35,466 bases of DNA, taken from the NCBI GenBank assembly GCA_003568945.1, contig BDIP01000034.1, forward strand, positions 4,808-40,273. Reading direction: 5' to 3'. A program made the translations under genes and the position numbers. This document shows positions 19,090 through 30,400 of this stretch, piece after piece. The notes under the pieces were generated by a model. That model was not told where the DNA came from. It ran no database searches and was given only the letters and a program-made list of their open reading frames with translations. Numbering within the stretch: position 1 is the first letter of the stretch; the number at the start of each line of letters is the position of its first letter. The stretch is from Kipferlia bialata (Eukaryota).

Positions 19090-22000
19090 CTGTCCATGGC
19101 AGCACTGGCATCAGTCATGGTGGCTAGACTGACTACGGAGGTATAGACATACATACATACTACTGTATATATGTATATATATAGTGATATAACTGTCCAT
19201 GACAGCCTTGGCTTCTGTGTCTGTGGCTAAATTGTCTACGCAAGTATGTAAATGATACTATATTATTTAGTTGTGAGTAATAGCATTCAATTTTGTTAGT
19301 ATTTCTATTTTAGTGACGTGTGTGAGAATTTACATTTATGCATATCCATCTGTCTCTCCAAGAGAGAGTGACAGGAATAGTCAGGGATAGTGGAAGAGAG
19401 AGTTTCAGATCTACGTAATCTAATCATGCGTTGCATCTCTCCCTCTCTCGCCTACATGTTCTCTCACTCCCAGGCATACACTCAGCAGGCCAGTAGCCCC
19501 TCAGATGTGGCTAAGAAGGAGAGTGATGGAGAGAGGGAGACAGCAGGAGAGGGAGAGGGGGAGGTAGAGAAGGAGAGTGCCCCAGAGGAGGTCTCCATCA
19601 GTAGCTATATGCAGAGACACAGGTGTGTATTGAATACAACTATATACGTGGATGTTTGATTGCAAGTTGAATAACCATACCTATGTGGAGAGTTCAGATC
19701 AGACATTATAATCCGTTGTTACACTTGAGTACATTGTCTCTCTCCATTCTTGTCTTATCAGCCCCTCTCACACCAGGCGTGCTGCTGTCCTTGAACCAAT
19801 CCGCTCCTTCTCTCTCTTTCTCTCCATCTCTCTCTCTGTCTCTATAGTCTACCACTCTGACCCTAGGGCCACTGCTGTCCTAAGCCTGATCAGATCCCTC
19901 TCTGTAGTGACCAGTGCCCTCACTGCTCTGCACAATGCACAGACATCAGCAGATGCATCTGTATCATCAGCTGTGCCTACTGGTGTGGTCAGCAGTGTGC
20001 ACAGACTGTACCACCCACTGACACAGGCACTGCTGGAGCACACTAGGTATGTATCCTTCTTAAATATGTATATATATATATCTTCATCCATGACAGAGGC
20101 ACTGCTAGATCACACTACATACTCTATCCACTGACAGAGGCACTGCTGGAGCACACTAGTATGTATCCTTCCTATATATTCTTCTTCCACTGCTGGAGTA
20201 TACTAGGTGATATTTGATTCATTACTGCCTTTCTCTTATAGTATATATACTATTCACTGCTGACTGTACTTCCCACTGACAGAGAGGCACTTGGTATCCT
20301 CCCTATATATATAGACTACCCACTGATAGAGGCACTGCTGGAACACACTGGGTACACACAGTGTCCGCGTGTTACTTATTCCCCCCACCCCCCCCCAACC
20401 ACACCCCATATCTGTCTCACTCCAGTATCATATGCCCTCTGACCCACACAATATGTACATATTATTATCATATTTTACAGGATGTACTATATTTCCATAT
20501 TCTCATTCCTGTTAGAGTTCTTACACTCAGTGTGCTATGCCCCCTGTCCCACTCCTCCAGACACAGTCTGATGAAGAGCATCGCTCTCTCCTCCTCCCTG
20601 CCCCCCTCCCATGCTATGCCCCGGTCCATACAGGCGGCACTTGCTGTCACAGTATTATTCGGTGGGAGGTATGTTTCCTTGATATATTTGAACAGCCATT
20701 GTATACCCTGTTGCACTCGAGTCACTCTAGTGGGTGACTACATATAGTATTGCGTAGGGCTTCTTTGCATGTATATATTGTCTTCCTCACCCCAGGGACG
20801 GCCTTGGCCAGGGCGAGGCCGACTTTGTCTATAGAGAGGATGAGAGACAGAGGATGAGGGAGGTAGCCTGCAACCCCCCAGGGTTTGTGGCGCGTCTCTC
20901 TCTCAGCCGCACCCTGCCTCTCTCCCTCGACACCTCCACCATATCTGGGGTACTCAACACCCTTTATCTAGGCTATGAGGCCTTCATGTGTAAGGAGAGA
21001 GAGAGAGAGGGAGAGAGGAAGGGGGAGAGGGCGTGGCGGCTGGATGTTGTAATCAACCTGGAGAGACTGTGTGTATGTCTGAGAGACTTCGTGGAGACCA
21101 ATGAGGCACTGGGGAGGCTGATAGCCAAGAAGGTCTTCAGCTTCGTGGCATCCTGCATCAACCAGTATGAGGTATGGCTATGTATCTAACTATCGTATCG
21201 TATCGTATCTACTTAGTCACCCCAGGGGAACAGGGTGCAGGGCATGCAGCTGTTGACGGGTCTCCAGTCCCATGTGTCATCCTATAAGGCTGAGTCTGAT
21301 GATCCCTCGGTGTATAGTGTCCCCCCTCTCTCTGTCTCTCTGGCATGGTCAAGGGTGGGTATATTAAGACAATATATATACAGTGTATATATATATATAT
21401 ATATAATTATTATGGTAGCAGCTGTGTCTATAACAATTCATGTCTCCCTGGCATAGTCAAGGGTGGGTACATGGTGATCTCTTTCCTTCTTATGTATGTA
21501 TTATACATATATAACAATATTAGTATCCCCCCAGGTGTTATTGGAGGTTGCGTTGGACTATCTGTCAAATACGTATATCCACTGTTCCTCTATCTCTCTT
21601 TCTCCCCTCAATAATTCCTCTCTCTGTCTCTCTCTCTTCCCACTAGCACTGGATTGTGTTTGGACCTGAACTCTCTCTCTCTCTCTCTCTACACCCTTAT
21701 ACCCCAGATTGTGTTTGGACTGGCATCCTATGCAGAGGCTCCTCTGTCCAGCCTATTCGTAGGTCAGTAGTTGTTGTATATTGATTTCATATTGGTATAT
21801 ATTCTCAGTTGTGTTCTTGAAGGTTGCTGTTGGTAGTTGGTATTTCACTCTCACAATGTTTTCCTAAAGGTCCTATAGTATCTTCACTCAAGTGAGTATA
21901 TATACGTGTGTAACCCCCAGATAGTAAGGTCGCCAGAGGGTGCTACCTTAGACAGAAGAACACACAGAGGGTGAGTCATAAATATTATATAATGTATAAT

Positions 22001-23563
22001 AGATAGAAATATATAATCAGTTTTATGAGTGTTATACTCATTGCCTATCGATAGAATAGATGTCCTTGTCTATCCATGGATATCACCAAATCGTATGTAT
22101 GTGATTTATGGATCGAGTTTCTAAACTATTAGTGCCTGACTCCAGGTGTACCTGGACGAGTACGCCGATCCCATCGATACATGCTACCAGAAGGGAAAGA
22201 CAGAGGTTCACATCCCAAGGGTACGTACCAGTGCCCACTACTTTTCACATACTGCAGTTAGGCTGAGTGGTCTACTCTAATCACTCTGATATGTATAGTA
22301 GAAGTTATGAATGTATAGTGTCATACTAGTATAGTCTATTGAATTTCGATGATATATATATATATATATTGATATATATAGTAATACCAGGATGTGACTG
22401 ACCTCCCTCTCTTCCTGTCCACCCTTGTCTCCATATATGTATATAAGCATTTTAATATATCTTTATATATATTGTATTTATATATCTATATATATACACT
22501 GACACCAGGACGTAACAGACCTCCCTCTCTTCCTGTCCACCCTTGTCGCTGTCCCTGTCTCCCTGTACCCTGCAGACAACAGAGTGCCACAGATACTGGC
22601 AAGGTGCATATCGTCAGGAGAGACAGCAGCCGGGGTCGTAGGTATTGTATAGTGTAATATATATATATATATATGTCTATATATATATATATATATGTCT
22701 ATATATATATATAATATACATACATTTATATATATAAATATATATAAATGTATGGTCTAGATTCATATATGACAGAGTCCAGAGAGACAGCAGCCGGGGT
22801 CGTAGGTATTGTATAGTGTAATGTATTATATATATGTATTCATAGTTGTCTGTACTAGTCTCCTATATAAGACATCTCCCGAGACAGCAGCTGGGGTCGC
22901 AGGAGTATTTAGTCCTTAAATATGAAATAATATTATACTATAATAGTATACTATAATAGTATACTATAATAGTATAGTATAATAGTATAGTACAATATGT
23001 ATTTGTATTCATTTGTATTATGGATGACTAGAACATCCGTTTGGAGTTTGTTGTATGGATGTGTATTCATCCATGATTCACTCCAGGGCTCATTGACGGA
23101 TCTGCAACTGTTCGCCAACCATTCACAAAGAAAGAGGTGAGATGCATAATATATCTTAGGATGATATTTCGGTATACCAGTTAACACCGCGTCGAGAGTG
23201 TTGTTCCACCTCTATATAATATCAAGTATTGCGTATGCCATTGATATTATCGAACACTGTGGGTTCCGTTCTAACTCCAAGGCAGGTATACTATTTTATA
23301 GCTATATTATATACTACGTATACTATTCTATAGTATTCTGCATTCTAACTCCTAGCATATGTTATACTATGTATTGTATATCTATACATTGTAACCCCTA
23401 GGCAGATAGGATGCAGGAGAGGGAGAACTACGTGCCTCGCATCTATGAGGAGGTCACTGAGAGAGACGAGAACAGACAGAGACTCATGGTGACTGGCGAT
23501 GTCTACAAGCACTGTGCCACAGTGGACTTTGACAGAGCGAGGGCAGGTGGGCTTGTAGCACAC

Positions 23564-23603
<40 letters not shown>

Positions 23604-24447
23604 GTGTGTGTAATTCTCTAGTCTCTCTTGTATCCTTACACCCAGGCGAGAAAATTGAGTTGACCTTTGTCATATTGTATATTAATGATCCATATTCATA
23701 TCGATACGTATTGTTCTTTAGTCCGTTTAGTATCTCACCCTCAGGGGAGAAGATTGAGCTTACCTTTGTGCGTGACTGTGACATTCTTGGACTGCACATC
23801 GGGAGGGGCACGCGGGGAGTGCTAGTGGGTACGTAACACACTATTAGTATATTAGTATACTAGTGTATTGTATATTGAGTGTATGTGCTATTGGGTGGGC
23901 CACGATGGGTGTGCACACATAGTAGTGGTGTAGTATATATGTGTATGAGGTATTGGGTGGGGCGCGATGGAAGTGCTAGTGGGTACGTATCAAACAATAC
24001 TTGTATAGGATTTATATTGTATGTTGTTGTATGTGTCTCGTTTCTTGTTATATGTATGTTGTTACTGTTGTATTGTTATGAGCGGAGTGCTAGTGGGACA
24101 TGTGTAGAGTCATTCAGTGCATTTAGCACTGAGAACCCGCATGTTGTGGTTACTCACTCTTCAGGATACATGGGATATGACCCTCGTCTATCTGGTGTGG
24201 AGTCCCCTATTGTCAGTGAGGCAGAAGGCACGGGACAGATCTCCTCGGACGGTGACATTCAGATGAGAGACATGATTGTGGAGGTCTCCTGCTTCAGAAC
24301 CAACCTCTCCATGTCCATCCTGTCCACACTCTACCAGGTACTGTCTCTATATCGATTTATACAGATATATATTGATATCTATATGTACATATGTGGATGT
24401 TCACACTCTACCAGGTCATCAGTCTCTTTTGATATCGATATCTGTAG

Positions 24448-24496
<49 letters not shown>

Positions 24497-27400
24497 GTTG
24501 TGTGTATCATGCTCCCATTAAGTGTTTCCTCCACGTGTATGCATGATAGTGTGTATACTAGTGTTGCGTTCGTATTTGGATCCTTATACCCAGCCACTTC
24601 TCTGGATGAGGTATGGTCCAGAGGTGTTGGCTGCTCAGACAGAGACTGAGGCCTCAAAGAGCACTGACGACACTTCAGTTGGTGAAGCCAAGAAGTCAGA
24701 GGGTGGTGCTGACCCAACCCCCAGTGCCAACCCCTTGGCATCTGAGTCTAAGGACAGACAGATCATGGCTAGACTGCAGCAGAGTACGGACATGGACAGG
24801 TACTATTCCAATATATATATAATGACAATATTTATATATCTACACGATTCCAATGGGTATCTAGACTATTCCAACGTGTATCTACACGATGTCCCATGTA
24901 TCTCTCTCTAATCGCGTAGACAGAACAGGGCCGCTAGGGCCATAGAGCAGGAGCTGAAGGCAGGTCTCAAGGACCCAGATGCCAACATGCCCACTCTGCT
25001 GGATGTCATCAGGAGGAGGTATGTATATATATATACATATATATATATACTTGTACATGTGTGTGTATGTGTGTATTTCATATACGTATTATGTCGATGA
25101 GCCTCTACTATATTACATTTGGTCAAGACATCAATGCACCAACATGTTGTCTTCGTATGATAACCTTTCATTAGTCTTACCACCAGGGAGAGGCGTGCCG
25201 AGGTTGTGCCTCTGAGTGCCCAGCAGGTACAGAGGGTGCATGACCATGCTGCATATGGGCAGTGGCTCTACTCACAGGTACAAGCCCCCTACACACAGCT
25301 AGATATATAGTGTTTACTGTTGTATTGAATAACATTTCACGTAAGTCTCATCCTAGGTTGGAGACATAGTCGATGGGCGTATCTGTGACGACATTCCCGT
25401 GGGGATGGGTGCTAATCAGGGCAAGACTGTGGAGGGAGAGAGAGAGAGGACATCCCACAAGGCACCATCTACATCCACTGTACCACACCGTAGCGGCTAC
25501 TGCTCTGCTGTGCGTATAGTCAGGAAGAGGGAGATGGGATCTGGCAGAGAGGCAAGGCGCAGGAGGCGGGTAACCCTTGGAGACGTTGCCCCTAAGGCTG
25601 GTGGTGTGTCTGGTGGTACCACATCAGGTGATGATGAGAGAGATGTCGTGCTCTTCCCCCTGCAGCGTGTATATCCATCTGACAGAGAGAGGGGGAGAGA
25701 TGCGGAGGAGGGGGAGAAGTCGGATGCCCTTCCTCCTGTACCTCCTACGGCCCCAGGTAGTGAGACATCTACCACCAAGGGCACTGCCTTGGGTGGTATG
25801 TGGCCTCTAGACAGTAAGAGCGGGGGTGACAGAGACATACCTGACAGCTTCGTCGCAGATCACGGTCTGGCCCTTCCCCCACTTGGGGAGACACTCGTGA
25901 GGTCAGTGTATAAGTTGATTGTTTTGTTGTTATCTAGACATCTAACGATTATTCCTGTGTTTCTTCTGTCCTCGTACCCTACCTTCTAACGAATAGGATT
26001 CAGCACAGTTTCCACCTCGTTGCAAAGCTCCTGGAGCACCCACCCGTTCCCCTGGTCACTCCCAACATGAGACTAGCCATAGACCTAGGTACACAGTAAC
26101 ATGTATACAACCCATTTCCGTCACATCTTCCCAGCATGCGGCTAGACATATACCTGTGTATAGTGAATATCACATACACCGTAGAGACTCTCGTCGTTCT
26201 TACCATCAGGCATTATGTGTGCCTTCACAAGTGTGCTCTACTACCGTGCACACTTCAGCACCCCTGACCTAGCACCCTCAAATCCATCTGAAGGTCTTCC
26301 GGAGTTGCCACTCTCTGAGTACCTTCCCCCACTCCGTGTGGTTGTCCAGGCCGTGCGGGCCTCCCACCCGACAATGCCAGCTTACATGGCACACGCACCG
26401 TTCAGAGATGCTATAGTCTGTGGGTACAGAGTTGTGGAGGTTGAGGATGAGTGGCCATCTATACCCTCCAGAGAGGATAGACGTAATGAGATCAGAGCCA
26501 TGTGCCTCGAGATCATGACGCGGTACCCCTTCTACTTCACCTCTGTACCTGCCCTTGTGCCTGCACAGGATGGTGACTCTACACTAGCCACAGTCGGGGA
26601 GAGGACCCGGAAGACATCTGTGGAGACATGGGAGCTGGCCTTTAGGACGGCTGTTGCACACGTGTCACGGTCTCTCCCTAATAGGGCGGGAACTCGTCAG
26701 TATGTCCCTTCCCCTTTCACAGACATGTCTGTTGTATCTCCCCACACACCAGCTGGGTGTGTTCAACTTATCAACGGAGACTCTGCAGTCACAGGTGGGA
26801 CTTATTGTACTTCACTCTCTTCAATAGCGATTAGTACCATTTACCAATGTCGTATATTACTTACGTTTCAATAATATATCACTATTCTATCATATTACTA
26901 TCATATTTCATTGTATTTCTTTCTCTTTCTGACCCCTAGCTCATGCTGCCTACCTCTGCCACTCACTGATGATCACCCTGCAGAGTAGGTCCAAGGGCCA
27001 GAGGACTAGACCCAGCAGAGGCCAGGCATACTCTCTAGAGGCTGCATCTGATGATGAGACAGAGGGTGGAGAAGCTGCACCCTCCACACCTAGAGGCACT
27101 AAGGCTGGCTCAGAGGATGTAGTGGTAGAGAAGCCATGGCTGTCCGCTGCTGATGTTAACCTCCTCTGGGTACTGGTCACACTGAGCAGGTATACCTAAT
27201 AGTTGCAAATATATATCTTATATACATTTATATATGGATTTCGTATTGTTAACACTCAGTGACCTCCCCTGTCGCCTGAGCGCCCTTCGCTCTCTCTGTC
27301 ACGTTGGTGCGCTGTCTCGCTGTGCCTCTAGCACTGGTCCCACATGCACTGATTGTGATGGTACACCCTTCACTGTGGGTGGTGTACCCATGCCTAGTGT

Positions 27401-30400
27401 GGCGGTCCAGAGGGCCATAGTCAACCACCCGGTCTTCGGCATTATATCCGTACAGGTCAGTCTGGTTGTGTAATGTATGTACAAGGCGTGATACTGGCTT
27501 GTTAAGGAAGTGAGTATTCTATCCTCACACCAGAGCAAGTTCCCTGTACTCCTCCTCCTCTCCCACATACTCAGTGGAGAGAGACTGAGAGGTGGACAGA
27601 CACACAGACCAGAGGGAGAGAGAATGGCAGGGGAGAGAGAGCGCAACATGCTACGGTCGCCAGGTACTATGTCATATATGAATGTTTTCTTTCTCTAATA
27701 TCAACACAATTGTGTGGATTTTCACTATTCTCATTGTAGGTATGTCCCCTGGTATCTTTGGCTTCGACCCCCTCTTGTCCGATACCCCCAGTGCCTTAGG
27801 GGCACCTACCGTGTCTGCTGCCTCTCCTTTGAGGCTACCCAGCCTAGACTGCCAGGAGCAGAGAGAGAGAGAGAGAGAGAAGAGTGTCATCATTGACGCA
27901 ATGTGCCACGTCGCCTTCCATGTGCTCAAGATATCAGTATCGTCACTGGCCATGGCCAGTCCCGTTGCCTCTCCGTCTACCTCTCGCGCCTCCCCCGCTA
28001 AGCGCAACCTCACCCTATCCCTGTCAGACCCCATTGGGCCTAGGGCATACCTGGCTCTCTCTCTGGCACTGGTACAGGTACACCTCTGTTCGTCTCATGT
28101 ATATCATGTATATCATGTATATCATGTATATCATGTTTTGTACTATGATGTATTGTGTCTGGGTTTTGGTGTATCCTTATACTCACATCAGGTGTTCTCC
28201 TCCCCCACAAGGTCCCCCCTGCGCCGTGGCACTGCCACCTACTCCATCCCATTGGCACTCACAACCCGCCGTGACCTGTTATTCCTAGCCAATGCCTTAC
28301 TACACTCATCCAACGGTAACTCCTCGATAGGAGACGCGGAGGGGGAGAGGCTGACATCCGTAGAGGCTGGGCAGGGTGAAGGGAGTGACATGTTCACATC
28401 ATCCACTACCACAGCAACTAGACTCAGGTACATGCATGTGTGTATGCTCAGCTTTATCATAGTACTATATATACATATGGGTGCTAGAATATATAGGATG
28501 CAGTGTATCCTTATTGTACTGGTTGAATACACGGATTATACTCATCAATATTTTGTTGACCCTTAGGAGGTATGCAACCTTCACTGCCGCCTGCCACCTA
28601 GTAAGAGCGGCCTTCTCGATCGAGAGGGAGAGGGGGCAGGGGAGGGAGAAGGAGAGACAGCGCCAGAGAGAGAAGGTACAGTGCAGTACAATATCAGTAC
28701 GTTTGTGTCTTCTGACTCCTAGGTTCTTGACTCCCTGTCTGTGAGTGTGCTGACTGGCCTGGCCCATGCGAGAGTGACTCTCTCCATCTCCCTCCTCTTC
28801 TCGCACTGTCTGACAGTCGAGGGGGAGGATGGGACTAACGGGAGTGGTGAGAGAGACACTGCTTCCAAGTCTTCTAACGCAGCTTCCGAGGAGGTTGGAG
28901 ACTCCTCTGATTCCTCCCTGCACTCTCTCTCTCCACCTGGTAGTGGAGATAGTCTACTAGAGGGTGTCAAGCAGGAGGAGGAGCAGGGGAAGGGTGATGC
29001 TGAGGGTGGATGGATGGACAGCTCCCTCAGTACCGATAGTGTGGCAGTGGACACAGAGAGGAGAGCGGTGGAGTATGTCAGAAGAGGATACCTCACGGAG
29101 ACAGGGTCTGTGTTTGGCCTCGGTAGAGTATATACAGTGACTATGCCCTCATTAGTGCCTAGCGATGTGGTGCCTGCACAGACAGAGCAGGACGGTGATA
29201 GTGCAGACAAGATGGAGAGAGACATACTCGCCCTGTCTTCATGGAGACAGATGGAGCTCGCGCAGGCTGCTAGTGCCCTAGGATTCCACAGGTATATACA
29301 TTGATACATATGTGTAGTTCTAAATGATGTATACATAAGTATTGTCTCAATTATACTGCATACCACTCTTGAGGGTTGTATGTTTCCAGAGAACTATCTG
29401 ACTCTCAGTGATGGAGACCAGGCAGGCGCCTTCCCCAGATCCTCCGCCCTTCTCACTCCCACTGAGAGGCAGGAGCTCTCCTTCCACCCCATGTTCTCCC
29501 TGGCCTCTGTCCCGGACATATACCCCACGCTGGCTGACACTAGGAGGTATGCACGTACACACGTATATATATATATATCCCACACTGGCTGATACTATGG
29601 TATGAGGTATGGTCAGCGATTATAGTATCCTTGTGTCAGTATGTAATATGGTATTGATGTACTCTCTTTCTATCGACTAATATATCCACCTATTTTGCAT
29701 ATACAAATGTATTCATTTACCCACCTCTCATTTGTAGGCGTATGCAGGGAGAGCTTGCAGAGAGGGATGGAGCACCATGTCCCCTCAAGAGAGAGGACAC
29801 ACCCCTGACTGTGGACGGGGCCAGATACGTGGCGGGACAGGTATGTGCATATGCATGTATTAGTGTGTACTCAAATACTCCTACACTCAATTCTATTCGT
29901 TTGCATGAATTCATATTGTATTCGTATTGCATTGTCTTTCACACACACTTCTCACTCCCAGCTCAACACGATGCGTGTACATGTACGCACCCAGTGCAGC
30001 CTGGTCAGAAGCATGTGTCTGCTACTCAGACACACCCAGCTACCCACGCAGCACCTCTACCCAGTGCCTGACACTACCCCTGTCACTGCTACACCTTCTG
30101 TGACAAACTCTGTCACTCCTAGTGTGACAAGCAGCACCCCCATCACCCCGCAGGTGGCTCCTGCTGCCGCATCAACCTCTGCCTCTGCTGCAAAGGGACT
30201 GGCACCAGCATCCCCCACCCCTACCCCGACCGTACCTGTCACTCCTGTTTCACCAGCAGCTACCAAGACCTCCCCCACTACCCTTGCCCCTCGGAGTGCC
30301 TCAGCTAGTGCCGGTAGCGATGTCTTCCAGGGTGTTGTGGCTGATCTGCTGAAGCTCATGCTCTACAGTTACCCCTGCGACACGCACACTGATCTCCACA

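Noticed and set aside
18964..20354. CRISPR-like repeat/spacer appearance of the echo clusters
   Set aside because: The repeats are degenerate copies of adjacent exons, the spacers are TA microsatellites, no cas genes are visible and the context is eukaryotic.
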